64,000 nucleotides of DNA from Macrostomum lignano. Its lineage: Eukaryota. The stretch is taken from the NCBI GenBank assembly GCA_002269645.1, contig NIVC01000327.1, positions 186,001 to 250,000 of the forward strand. Direction: 5' to 3'. Below, piece by piece: positions 48,430 to 61,334 of this stretch (position 1 is the stretch's first letter; every line of letters begins with the position of its first letter). The notes below the pieces were generated by a model. It did not search any database. It saw nothing but the letters and a program-made list of their open reading frames with translations, and had not been told where the DNA came from. A program made the position numbers and the translations under genes.

Positions 48430-51400
48430 CTATTCCCTATTTTCTCTCTCCACTCTTCTCTCTCCTCTCCTCTTTCTCCTCTTCTCTCCTCTCCTCTCCT
48501 CTCCTCTCCTCTCCTCTCCTCTCGTCTCCTCTCCTCTCTTCTCTCCTCTCCTCTCCTCCCCTCTCCTCTCCTCTTTCTCATCTCCTCTCCTCTCCTCTCC
48601 TCTCCTCTTTCTCATCTCCTCTCCTCTCCTCTCCTCTCCTCTCCTCTTTCTCATCTCCTCTCCTCTCCTCTCCTCTCCTCTCCTCTCTTCTACTCTCCTC
48701 TTCTCTCCTCTCCTCTCCTCTCCTCTCCTCTCCTCTCCTCTCCTCTCTTCTACTCTCCTCTTCTCTCCTCTCCTCTCCTCTCTTCTCCTCTTCTCTCGTC
48801 TTCTCTCCTCTCCTCTCCTCTCCTTTCCTCTCCTCTCCTCTCCTCTCCTCTTCTCTCCTCTCCTCTCCTCTCCTCTTCTCTCGTCTCCTCTCCTCTCTTC
48901 TCTCCTCTCCTCTCCTCCCCTCTCCTCTCCTCTTTCTCATCTCCTCTCCTCTCCTCTCCTCTCCTCTCCTCTTTCTCATCTCCTCTCCTCTCCTCTCCTC
49001 TCCTCTCCTCTCTTCTACTCTCCTCTTCTCTCCTCTCCTCTCCTCTCCTCTCCTCTCCTCTCCTCTCTTCTACTCTCCTCTTCTCTCCTCTCCTCTCCTC
49101 TCTTCTCCTCTTCTCTCGTCTTCTCTCCTCTCCTCTCCTCTCCTTTCCTCTCCTCTCCTCTCCTCTCCTCTTCTCTCCTCTCCTCTCCTCTCCTCTCCTC
49201 TCCTCTTTCTCCTCTCCTCTCCTCTCCTCTCCTCTCCTCTCCTCTCCTCTTCTCTCGTCTCCTCTCCTCTCTTCTCTCCTCTCCTCTCCTCCCCTCTCCT
49301 CTCCTCTTTCTCATCTCCTCTCCTCTCCTCTCCTCTCCTCTCCTCTTTCTCATCTCCTCTCCTCTCCTCTCCTCTCCTCTCCTCTTTCTCATCTCCTCTC
49401 CTCTCCTCTCCTCTCCTCTCCTCTCTTCTACTCTCCTCTTCTCTCCTCTCCTCTCCTCTCCTCTCCTCTCCTCTCCTCTCTTCTACTCTCCTCTTCTCTC
49501 CTCTCCTCTCCTCTCTTCTCCTCTTCTCTCGTCTTCTCTCCTCTCCTCTCCTCTCCTTTCCTCTCCTCTCCTCTCCTCTCCTCTTCTCTCCTCTCCTCTC
49601 CTTTCCTCTCCTCTCCTCTTCTCTCCTCTCCTCTCCTATCCTCTCCTCTTCTCTCCTCTCCTCTCCTCTCCTCTCCTCTCTTCTCTTCTCCTCTCCTCTC
49701 TTTTCCTCTCCTCTCCTCTCCTCTCCTCTCCTCTTCTCTTCTCTCCTCTCCTCTCCTCTCCTCTCCTCTCCTCTCCTCTCTTCTACTCTCCTCTTCTCTC
49801 CTCTCCTCTCCTCTCTTCTCCTCTCCTCTCCTCTCTTCTCCTCTCCTCTCTTTTCCTCTCCTCTCCTCTCCTCTCCTCTTCTCTCCTCTCCTCTCCTCTC
49901 CTCTCCTCTCCTCTCCTCTCTTCTACTCTCCTCTTCTCTCCTCTCCTCTCCTCTCTTCTCCTCTTCTCTCGTCTCCTCTCCTCTCCTCTCCTCTTCTCTT
50001 CTCTCGTCTCCTCTCCTCTCCTCTCCTCTCCTCTCCTCTCCTCTCCTCTCTTCTACTCTCCTCTTCTCTCCTCTCCTCTCCTCTCTTCTCCTCTTCTCTC
50101 GTCTCCTCTCCTCTCCTCTCCTCTCGTCTCCTCTCCTCTCCTCTCCTCTTCTCTCGTCTCCTCTCGTCTCCTTTCCTCTCGTCTCCTTTCCTCTCCTCTC
50201 CTCTCCTCTCCTCTCCTCTCCTCTCCTCTCTTCTACTCTCCTCTTCTCTCCTCTCCTCTCTTCTCCTCTTCTCTCGTCTCCTCTCCTCTCCTCTCCTCTC
50301 CTTTCCTCTCCTCTCCTCTCCTCTCCTCTTCTCTCCTCTCCTCTCCTCTCCTCTCCTCTCCTCTCCTCTCCTCTCCTCTCCTCTTCTCTTCTCTCGTCTC
50401 CTCTCGTCTCCTTTCCTCTCCTCTCCTCTTCTCTCCTCTCCTCTCCTCTCCTCTCCTCTTCTCTTCTCTCGTCTCCTCTCGTCTCCTTTCCTCTCGTCTC
50501 CTCTCCTCTCCTCTCCTCTCTTCTACTCTCCTCTTCTCTCCTCTCCTCTCCTCTCCTCTCCTCTCCTCTCCTCTCCTCTCTTCTACTCTCCTCTTCTCTC
50601 CTCTCCTCTCCTCTCTTCTCCTCTTCTCTCGTCTTCTCTCCTCTCCTCTCCTCTCCTCTCCTCTCCTCTCCTCTCCTCTCCTCTCCTCTCCTCTCCTCTC
50701 TTCTCCTCTCCTCTCTTTTCCTCTCCTCTCCTCTCCTCTCCTCTCTTTTCCTCTCCTCTCCTCTCCTCTCCTCTCCTCTCCTCTCTTCTACTCTCCTCTT
50801 CTCTCCTCTCCTCTCCTCTCTTCTCCTCTTCTCTCGTCTTCTCTCCTCTCCTCTCCTCTCCTCTCCTTTCCTCTCCTCTCCTCTCCTCTCCTCTCCTCTC
50901 CTCTCTTCTCCTCTCCTCTCTTTTCCTCTCCTCTCCTCTCCTCTCCTCTCCTCTCCTCTCCTCTCCTCTCCTCTCCTCTCTTCTCCTCTCCTCTCCTCTC
51001 CTCTTCTCTCGTCTCCTCTCCTCTCCTTTCCTCTCCTCTCCTCTCCTCTCTTCTCCTCTCTTCTCCTCTCCTCTCTTCTCCTCTTCTCTCGTCTCCTCTC
51101 CTTTCCTCTCCTCTCCTCTCCTCTCCTCTTCTCTCCTCTCCTCTCCTCTCCTCTTCTCTCGTCTCCTCTCCTCTCCTCTCCTTTCCTCTCCTCTCCTCTC
51201 CTCTTCTCTCCTCTCCTCTCCTCTCCTCTCCTCTCCTCTCTTCTACTCTCCTCTTCTCTCCTCTCCTCTCCTCTTCTCTCGTCTCCTCTCCTCTCCTTTC
51301 CTCTCCTCTTCTCTCGTCTCCTCTCCTTTCCTCTCCTCTCCTCTCCTCTCCTCTCCTCTTCTCTCCTCCTCTCCTCTCCTCTCCTCCTCCTCTCCTCTCT

Positions 51401-54400
51401 TCTACTCTCCTCTTCTCTCCTCTCCTCTCCTCTCCTCTCTCTCTTCTCTCGTCTCCTCTCCTCTCCTCTCCTCTTCTCTTCTCTCGTCTCCTCTCGTCTC
51501 CTTTCCTCTCCTCTCCTCTTCTCTCCTCTCCTCTCCTCTCCTCTCTTCTTCTCTTCTCTCGTCTCCTCTCGTCTCCTTTCTCTCTCGTCTCCTCTCCTCT
51601 CCTCTCCTCTCTTCTACTCTCCTCTCCTCTCCTCTCCTCTCCTCTCGTCTCCTTTCCTCTCTCTCCTCTCCTCTCTTCTACTCTCCTCTTCTCTCCTCTC
51701 CTCTCTTCTCCTCTTCTCTCGTCTCCTCTCCTCTCCTCTCCTCTCCTTTCCTCTCCTCTCCTCTCCTCTCCTCTCCTCTCCTCTCCTCTCCTCTCTTCTA
51801 CTCTCCTCTTCTCTCCTCTCCTCTCCTCTCCTCTCCTCTTCTCTCGTTTCCTCTCCTCTCCTCTCCTCTTCTCTTCTCTCGTCTCCTCTCGTCTCCTTTC
51901 CTCTCGTCTCCTCTCCTCTCCTCTCCTCTCTTCTACTCCTCCTCTTCTCTCCTCTCCTCTCCTCTCCTCTCCTCTCCTCTCCTCTCCTCTCTTCTACTCT
52001 CCTCTTCTCTCCTCTCCTCTCCTCTCTTCTCCTCTTCTCTCGTCTTCTCTCCTCTCCTCTCCTCTCCTCTCCTTTCCTCTCCTCTCCTCTCCTCTCCTCT
52101 CCTCTCCTCTCTTCTCCTCTCCTCCTTTTTCCTCTCCTCTCCTCTCCTCTCCTCTCTTTTCCTCTCCTCTCCTCTCCTCTCCTCTCCTCTCCTCTCTCTT
52201 CTACTCTCCTCTTCTCTCCTCTCCTCTCCTCTCTTCTCCTCTCTCTCGTCTTCTCTCGCTCTCCTCTCCTCTCCTCTCCTTTCCTCTCCTCTCCTCTCCT
52301 CTCCTCTCCTTCTCTCTTCTCCTCTCCTCTCTTTTCCTCTCCTCTCCTCTCCTCTCCTCTCCTCTCCTCTCCTCTCCTCTCCTCTCCTCTCTCTCCTCTC
52401 CTCTCCTCTCCTCTTCCTCTCGTCTCCTCTCTCTCCTTTCCTCTCCTCTCTCTCCTCTCTTCTCCTCTCTTCTCCTCTCCTCTCTTCTCCTCTTCCTCGT
52501 CTCCTCTCCTTTCCTCTCCTCTCCTCTCCTCTCCTCTTCTCTCCTCTCCTCTCCTCTCCTCTTCTCTCGTCTCCTCTCCTCTCCTCTCCTTTCCTCTCCT
52601 CTCCTCTCCTCTTCTCCCTCTCCTCTCCTCTCCTCTCCTCTCCTCTCTTCTACTCTCCTCTTCTCTCCTCTCCTCTCCTCTTCTCTCGTCTCCTCTCCTC
52701 TCCTTTCCTCTCCTCTTCTCTCGTCTCCTCTCCTTTCCTCTCCTCTCCTCTCCTCTCCTCTCCTCTTCTCTCCTCTCCTCTCCTCTCCTCTCCTCTCCTC
52801 TCCTCTCTTCTACTCTCCTCTTCTCTCCTCTCCTCTCCTCTCCTCTCCTCTTCTCTCGTCTCCTCTCCTCTCCTCTCCTCTTCTCTTCTCTCGTCTCCTC
52901 TCGTCTCCTTTCCTCTCCTCTCCTCTTCTCTCCTCTCCTCTCCTCTCCTCTCTTCTTCTCTTCTCTCGTCTCCTCTCGTCTCCTTTCCTCTCGTCTCCTC
53001 TCCTCTCCTCTCCTCTCTTCTACTCTCCTCTCCTCTCCTCTCCTCTCCTCTCGTCTCCTTTCCTCTCCTCTCCTCTCCTCTCTTCTACTCTCCTCTTCTC
53101 TCCTCTCCTCTCTTCTCCTCTTCTCTCGTCTCCTCTCCTCTCCTCTCCTCTCCTTTCCTCTCCTCTCCTCTCCTCTCCTCTCCTCTCCTCTCCTCTCCTC
53201 TCTTCTACTCTCCTCTTCTCTCCTCTCCTCTCCTCTCCTCTCCTCTTCTCTCGTTTCCTCTCCTCTCCTCTCCTCTTCTCTTCTCTCGTCTCCTCTCGTC
53301 TCCTTTCCTCTCCTCTCCTCTCTCTCTCTCTCCTCTCCTCTCCTCTCTCTTCTCTTCTCTCGTCTCCTCTCGTCTCCTTTCCTCTCGTCTCCTCTCCTCT
53401 CCTCTCCTCTCTTCTACTCTCCTCTCCTCTCCTCCCTCTCCTCTCGTCTCCTTTCCTCTCCTCTCCTCTCCTCTCTTCTACTCTCCTCTTCTCTCCTCTC
53501 CTCTCTTCTCCACTTCTCTCGTCTCCTCTCCTCTCCTCTCCTCTCCTTTCCTCTCCTCTCCTCTCTCTCCTCTCCTCTTCTCTCCTCTCCTCTCCTCTCC
53601 TCTCCTCTCCTCTCCTCCTCCTCTTCTCTCGTCTCCTCTCGTCTCCTTTCCTCTCCTCTCCTCTTCTCTCCTCTCCTCTCCTCTCCTCTCCTCTTCTCTC
53701 TCTCGTCTCCTCTCGTCTCCTTTCCTCTCGTCTCCTCTCCTCTCCTCTCCTCTCTTCTACTCTCCTCTTCTCTCCTCTCCTCTCCTCTCCTCTCCTCTCC
53801 TCTCCTCTCTTCTACTCTCCTCTTCTCTCCTCTCCTCTCCTCTCTTCTCCTCTTCTCTCGTCTTCTCTCCTCTCCTCTCCTCTCCTTTCCTCTCCTCTCC
53901 TCTCCTCTCCTCTTCTCTCCTCTCCTCTCCTTTCCTCTCCTCTCCTCTTCTCTCCTCTCCTCTCCTATCCTCTCCTCTTCTCTCCTCTCCTCTCCTCTCC
54001 TCTCCTCTCTTCTCTTCTCCTCTCCTCTCTTTTCCTCTCCTCTCCTCTCCTCTCCTCTCCTCTTCTCTTCTCTCCTCTCCTCTCCTCTCCTCTCCTCTCC
54101 TCTCCTCTCTTCTACTCTCCTCTTCTCTCCTCTCCTCTCCTCTCTTCTACTCTCCTCTCCTCTCTTCTCCTCTCCTCTCTTTTCCTCTCCTCTCCTCTCC
54201 TCTCCTCTTCTCTCTCTCCTCTCCTCTCCTCTCCTCTCCTCTCCTCTCTTCTACTCTCCTCTTCTCTCCTCTCCTCTCCTCTCTTCTCCTCTTTTCTCGT
54301 CTCCTCTCCTCTCCTCTCCTCTTCTCTTCTCTCGTCTCCTCTCCTCTCCTCTCCTCTCCTCTCCTCTCCTCTCTTCTACTCTCCTCTTCTCTCCTCTCCT

Positions 54401-55620
54401 CTCCTCTCTTCTCCTCTTCTCTCGTCTCCTCTCCTCTCCTCTCCTCTCGTCTCCTCTCCTCTCCTCTCCTCTTCTCTCGTCTCCTCTCGTCTCCTTTCCT
54501 CTCGTCTCCTTTCCTCTCCTCTCCTCTCCTCTCCTCTCCTCTCCTCTCCTCTCTTCTACTCTCCTCTTCTCTCCTCTCCTCTCTTCTCCTCTTCTCTCGT
54601 CTCCTCTCCTCTCCTCTCCTCTCCTTTCCTCTCCTCTCCTCTCCTCTCCTCTTCTCTCCTCTCCTCTCCTCTCCTCTCCTCTCCTCTCCTCTCCTCTTCT
54701 CTTCTCTCCTCTCCTCTCGTCTCCTTTCCTCTCCTCTCCTCTTCTCTCCTCTCCTCTCCTCTCCTCTCCTCTTCTCTTCTCTCGTCCCCTCTCGTCTCCT
54801 TTCCTCTCGTCTCCTCTCCTCTCCTCTCCTCTCTTCTACTCTCCTCTTCTCTCCTCTCCTCTCCTCTCCTCTCCTCTCCTCTCCTCTCTTCTACTCTCCT
54901 CTTCTCTCCTCTCCTCTCCTCTCTTCTCCTCTTCTCTCGTCTTCTCTCCTCTCCTCTCCTCTCCTTTCCTCTCCTCTCCTCTCCTCTCCTCTCCTCTCCT
55001 CTCCTCTCTTCTCCTCTCCTCTCTTTTCCTCTCCTCTCCTCTCCTCTCCTCTCCTCTTCTCTCCTCTCCTCTCCTCTCCTCTCCTCTCCTCTCCTCTCTT
55101 CTACTCTCCTCTTCTCTCCTCTCCTCTCCTCTCTTCTCCTCTCCTCTCCTCTCTTCTCCTCTCCTCTCTTTTCCTCTCCTCTCCTCTCCTCTCCTCTCCT
55201 CTTCTCTCCTCTCCTCTCCTCTCCTCTCCTCTCCTCTCTTCTACTCTCCTCTTCTCTCCTCTCCTCTCCTCTCTTCTCCTCTTCTCTCGTCTCCTCTCCT
55301 CTCCTCTCCTCTTCTCTTCTCTCGTCTCCTCTCCTCTCCTCTCCTCTTCTCTCCTCTCCTCTCCTCTCCTCTCCTCTCTTCTACTCTCCTCTTCTCTCCT
55401 CTCCTCTCCTCTCTTCTCCTCTTCTCTCGTCTCCTCTCCTCTCCTCTCCTCTCCTCTCCTCTCCTCTCCTCTCCTCTTCTCTCGTCTCCTCTCGTCTCCT
55501 TTCCTCTCGTCTCCTTTCCTCTCCTCTCCTCTCCTCTCCTCTTCTCTTCTCTCGTCTCCTCTCGTCTCCTTTCCTCTCCTCTCCTCTCGTCTTGTCTCCT
55601 CTGCTGTCTCCTTTTGTCTC
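48430..55620. repeat. (CTCCT)n satellite, ~7.2 kb, with higher-order variant blocks
   Basis: Pentamer run punctuated by CTCGT, CTACT and CTTT variants. Confidence 0.97.
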
Positions 55621-56454
55621 TTCCCTCCTCTCCTCCCCTCCCTTTCCTATTTCCATTAAAGCTCATTTCTCCCAATCTTCTTTCCGTGCGTCATTCTCGT
55701 AATTTCCCTTCACGCGCTTTATGCCCCGCGTTCTTGCAATCTTTTCAAAACCCAAAGCAATCTGTTTGTATCGTGACACCTTTTTATCCTTCCGAGCAGA
55801 TTCAAAAGAAGCGCCCAAGCCAGAATTGGTGGCAATTTCGATTTGATCAAGTTTCATGCTGAAACAGACAACTGAAAGCGCCTAAAAAGAATTGGAATTT
55901 TCTCAGCATCACTAGCACAAGACTAATTGGACTTAAAATGAAGCCATTTTCTCTAGGACTCTGGCTGTATAGCATCCGTTGCGTTTGATGCCTTTGAAGT
56001 CTTTTTCGAAGCCATCCTGCCCAAGGCTGCACGTCAGTCCGTATTAGTACTTGAACTTGGTCTAGTGCGCACTTGTAGTGTAGCAGTACAGTGCGCTAAG
56101 TTTCCTTGTTCCAGTTGCAACAGGGGGGCCTACACACTTTCTACTCGTATTATTACTGTCGATACTAAATGCCATTTTAGAATTGCTTAAAATGCTGTTG
56201 TGTACATCTCTCTCAGGCCGTCACACACACGGAGACAGACACAAGTATTCCCTCAGCTCCCTCTCTCCTCCCCCCATGCTGCCCAATCGGAATCCCCTCT
56301 TTTGCTTCATCAATTTTCCATCCTGACCTCCTCTCTCCTACCCCTGCCCTCCCACCCTTGCCTTAGTGTATAAACTTCAACATTTTCGTTCAATAATTTT
56401 TTCTACCTTATCTTATCTATATTTTTGAAGAAAAAAATTGCAATTAATCATAAG

Positions 56455-56761
56455 GTTAGTAAGTAGTATTGGCAGCGGCGACGGAGGAGGAAATGAATCG
56501 AAAAGCTGCTTTGACAATTTCGAAAGTTCAGTAGTGCCTGTCAGCGGTACTAATATTCATAATTATAATAGTAGTAATAATAAGCATCAATCAAGTCTGG
56601 CCATGTCCAGCATGACAGCAGCCAGTTATGTCGGAGTAGAGCAGCGCCTAGAGGCTGCTGAAGACTGTGTCGAAGACTGTCTGGATGGCAGTCAGCAGTC
56701 TAGCGGAGTCACCGCTGAGGAGATCCTGTCGTTGGAGGCTGTGCTGTCAGTGCCGGGCAAT
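56455..56761 (+). CDS. Candidate Ser-rich exon, possibly a downstream exon of the FERM/PTP gene
   Basis: Open non-repetitive frame (SSIGSGDGGGNESKS...LEAVLSVPGN) ending at a strong AAT|GTAAGT donor. Acceptor and link to exon 6 not resolved. Confidence 0.45.
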
Positions 56762-56779
56762 GTAAGTTGAACAATGGGC

Positions 56780-57860
56780 GATGTAGAGATTGAATTGATG
56801 AGGAATTAGTGTGCATACAGAGTGCGAGATGGAGAGAGTAGAGTGTAGGATAGAGATGAAAGATGGTAGTGTAGAGTGCGAGATGGAGAGAGATGTAGAG
56901 AGTAGAGTGTAGGATAGAGATGAGAGATGGTAGTGTAGAGTGTGAGATGGAGATGAGAGATGGTAGTGTAGAGTGTGAGATAGAGATGAGAGATGGTAGT
57001 GTAGAGTGTGAGATGGAGATGAGAGATGGTAGTGTAGAGTGTGAGATAAAGATAAGAGAGATATAGAGTAGAGTGTGGGATTGAGATGAGAGATGTAAAG
57101 TAGAGTGGAGATGGAGATGAGAGATGGTAAGTGTAGAGTGTGAGATGGAGATGAGAGATGGTAGTGTAGAGTGTGAGATGGAGATGAGAGATGGTAGTGT
57201 AGAGTGTGAGATAAAGATAGGAGAGATATAGAGTAGAGTGTAGGATTGAGATGAGAGATGTAGAGTAGAGTGGAGATGGAGATGAGAGATGGTAGTGTAG
57301 ATGCAGATGAGATGCAGATGAGAGATTTAGAATAAAGTGCGAGATATAGTAAGAGAAATACAGAGTAAGAATGCGAAATGGAGATGAGAGATGTAGAGCA
57401 GAGTGCTAGATAGAGGTAAGAGAGATTTATATTAAAGTAGTGCAAGATGGAGATAAGAGATAAAGAGTAGAGTGCGAGATGGAGATGAGAGTGATATAGA
57501 GTAGGTGCAAGATGAAGATAAGACAGATGTAGAGTAGAGTGCAAGATGGAGATAAGAGAGATATAGAGTAAGTGCAAGATGGAGATAAGAGAGATATAGA
57601 GTAGAGTGCAAGATGGAGATAAGAGAGATATAGAGTACAGTGCAAGATGGAGATAAGAGAGATGCAGAGTACAGTGCAAGACGGAGATAAGAGAGATATA
57701 GAGTAAGTGCAAGATGGAGATAAGAGAGATGCAGAGTACAGTGCAAGACGGAGATAAGAGAGATATAGAGTAAGTGCAAGATGGAGATAAGAGAGATGTA
57801 GAGTACAGTGCAAGACGGAGATAAGAGAGATATAGAGTACAGTGCAAGATGGAGAGTACA
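56780..57860. repeat. GA-rich degenerate minisatellite (~33-38-bp units)
   Basis: GAGATGGAGATGAGAGATGGTAGTGTAGAGTGT-type and AGTGCAAGATGGAGATAAGAGAG-type units. Confidence 0.9.
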
Positions 57861-58289
57861 GCATGAGTTTGCTAGATGATAGATGTGAATAGATTTAGAA
57901 TAGATAATTGGAGTCCCTAAAATGCAAGACGAATAAGTTCTCAAGCGCGCAAGAAGAGAGAGCAGTAAGGCATAATATTGGTAAAGGCAAGCGAAGGATT
58001 TTCGTCCTTATTAGGACAGGAAGGAACTTTCTGGGTGTCCTATCGAGACAGAAAAGTCATATAACCGAGCTCTCTAGCTGCCATAGCGGCTACCTCTGTC
58101 TGGCTTTCGTGTGTAATTAGTCAATTTTTTTTACCTTCGCTGCATTTTCTGAAGCTTTTATCTGTTCGATTCTAGAATTAGTTGCTTTTTCTGGTTTAGC
58201 TACCCTGTGCGTCTTAGTTGCTGTAGAGCAAAGTTTTTTTACTGTATGCTTTTCCAGGCTAGTTTTGCGATGATTAAGGGAGCTCATCC

Positions 58290-59848
58290 CTGTGCATTAC
58301 ACCAGATCCCAGTGCATTACATCAGATCCCAGTGCATTACATCAGATCCCAGTGCATTACATCAGATCCCAGTGCATTACATCAGATCCCAGTGCATTAC
58401 ATCAGATCCCAGTGCATTACATCAGATCCCAGTGCATTACATCAGATCCCAATGCATTACATAAGATTCCAGTGCAATACACCAGATCCCAATGCATTAC
58501 ATCAGATCCCGATGCATTACATCAGATCCCAATGCATTACATCAGATCCCGATGCATTACATCAGATCCCAATGCATTACATCAGATCCCAATGCATTAC
58601 ATAAGATTCCAGTGCAATACACCAGATCCCAATGCATTACATCAGATCCCGATGCATTACATCAGATCCCAATGCATTACATCAGATCCCAATGCATTAC
58701 ATCAGATCCCAATGCATTACATCAGATCCCAATGCATTACATCAGATCCCAATGCATTACATAAGATTCCAGTGCAATACACCAGATCCCAATGCATTAC
58801 ATCAGATCCCGATGCATTACATCAGATCCCAATGCATTACATCAGATCCCAATGCATTACATAAGATTCCAGTGCAATACACCAGATCCCAATGCATTAC
58901 ATCAGATCCCAATGCATTACATCAGATCCCAATGCATTACATAAGATTCCAGTGCAATACACCAGATCCCAATGCATTACATCAGATCCCGATGCATTAC
59001 ATCAGATCCCAATGCATTACATCAGATCCCAATGCATTACATAAGATTCCAGTGCAATACACCAGATCCCAATGCATTACATCAGATCCCGATGCATTAC
59101 ATCAGATCCCAATGCATTACATCAGATCCCGATGCATTACATCAGATCCCAATGCATTTCATCGGATCCCAATGCATTTCATCAGATCCCAATGCATTAC
59201 ATCAGATCCCAATGCATTACATCAGATTCCAGTGCAATACACCAGATCCCAATGCATTACATCAGATCCCGATGCATTACATCAGATCCTAATGCATTAC
59301 ATCAGATCCCAATGCATTACATAAGATTCCAGTGCAATACACCAGATCCCAATGCATTACATAAGATCCCGATGCATTACATCAGATCCCAATGCATTAC
59401 ATCAGATCCCAATGCATTACATCAGATCCCAATGCATTACATCAGATCCCAATGCATTACATCTGATCCCAATGCATTACATAAGATTCCAGTGCAATAC
59501 ACCAGATCCCAATGCATTACATCAGATCCTGATGCATTACATCAGATCCCAATGCATTACATCAGATCCCAATGCATTACATAAGATTCCAGTGCAATAC
59601 ACCAGATCCCAATGCATTACATCAGATCCCGATGCATTACATCAGATCCCGATGCATTACATCAGATCCCAATGCATTACATCAGATCCCGATGCATTAC
59701 ATCAGATCCCAATGCATTTCATCAGATCCCAATGCATTTCATCAGATCCCAATGCATTACATCAGATCCCAGTGCATTACATCAGATTCCAGTGCAATAC
59801 ACCAGATCCCAATGCATTACATCAGATCCCAATGCATTTCATCAGATC
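58290..59848. repeat. 20-bp minisatellite (ATCAGATCCCAATGCATTAC)
   Basis: About 77 tandem units with a recurring ATAAGATTCCAGTGCAATAC variant. Confidence 0.97.
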
Positions 59849-61291
59849 CTCTCCTCTCCTCTCCTCTCCTCTCTTCTCCTCTCCTCTCCTCTCCTCTTCT
59901 CTCGTCTCCTCTCCTCTCCTTTCCTCTCCTCTCCTCTCCTCTCTTCTCCTCTCTTCTCCTCTCCTCTCTTCTCCTCTTCTCTCGTCTCCTCTCCTTTCCT
60001 CTCCTCTCCTCTCCTCTCCTCTTCTCTCCTCTCCTCTCCTCTCCTCTTCTCTCGTCTCCTCTCCTCTCCTCTCCTTTCCTCTCCTCTCCTCTCCTCTTCT
60101 CTCCTCTCCTCTCCTCTCCTCTCCTCTCCTCTCTTCTACTCTCCTCTTCTCTCCTCTCCTCTCCTCTTCTCTCGTCTCCTCTCCTCTCCTTTCCTCTCCT
60201 CTTCTCTCGTCTCCTCTCCTTTCCTCTCCTCTCCTCTCCTCTCCTCTCCTCTTCTCTCCTCTCCTCTCCTCTCCTCTCCTCTCCTCTCCTCTCTTCTACT
60301 CTCCTCTTCTCTCCTCTCCTCTCCTCTCCTCTCCTCTTCTCTCGTCTCCTCTCCTCTCCTCTCCTCTTCTCTTCTCTCGTCTCCTCTCGTCTCCTTTCCT
60401 CTCCTCTCCTCTTCTCTCCTCTCCTCTCCTCTCCTCTCTTCTTCTCTTCTCTCGTCTCCTCTCGTCTCCTTTCCTCTCGTCTCCTCTCCTCTCCTCTCCT
60501 CTCTTCTACTCTCCTCTCCTCTCCTCTCCTCTCCTCTCGTCTCCTTTCCTCTCCTCTCCTCTCCTCTCTTCTACTCTCCTCTTCTCTCCTCTCCTCTCTT
60601 CTCCTCTTCTCTCGTCTCCTCTCCTCTCCTCTCCTCTCCTTTCCTCTCCTCTCCTCTCCTCTCCTCTCCTCTCCTCTCCTCTCCTCTCTTCTACTCTCCT
60701 CTTCTCTCCTCTCCTCTCCTCTCCTCTCCTCTTCTCTCGTTTCCTCTCCTCTCCTCTCCTCTTCTCTTCTCTCGTCTCCTCTCGTCTCCTTTCCTCTCCT
60801 CTCCTCTTCTCTCCTCTCCTCTCCTCTCCTCTCCTCTTCTCTTCTCTCGTCTCCTCTCGTCTCCTTTCCTCTCGTCTCCTCTCCTCTCCTCTCCTCTCTT
60901 CTACTCTCCTCTCCTCTCCTCTCCTCTCCTCTCGTCTCCTTTCCTCTCCTCTCCTCTCCTCTCTTCTACTCTCCTCTTCTCTCCTCTCCTCTCTTCTCCA
61001 CTTCTCTCGTCTCCTCTCCTCTCCTCTCCTCTCCTTTCCTCTCCTCTCCTCTCCTCTCCTCTCCTCTCCTCTCCTCTCCTCTCCTCTCCTCTCCTCTCCT
61101 CTCCTCTCCTCTTCTCTCGTCTCCTCTCGTCTCCTTTCCTCTCCTCTCCTCTCCTCTCCTCTCCTCTCCTCTCCTCTCCTCTTCTCTCCTCTCGTCTCCT
61201 CTCTCTCTCCTCTCCTCTCCTCTCTCTCTCTCTCTCTTCTCTCCTCTCCTCTCCTCCTCTTCCTCCTCTCCTCTCTCTCTCCTCTCCTCTC

Positions 61292-61334
<43 letters not shown>

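Noticed and set aside
48355-55659. 2434-aa ORF and the other long S/L/P- or E/R/G-rich ORFs (7310-9127, 59352-63187)
   Set aside because: Translations of CT/GA satellites that lack stop codons by composition; no domain content.
57928-57963. Micro-exon TNKFSSAQEERA as the start of a PTP catalytic domain
   Set aside because: No KNRY, WPD or HCSAG motif found in any frame nearby.
58292-59848. Regular 20-bp array and MHYIRS ORFs as a possible CRISPR or repeat protein
   Set aside because: Contiguous tandem units without unique spacers, no cas genes, eukaryotic context; the same applies to all other arrays here.
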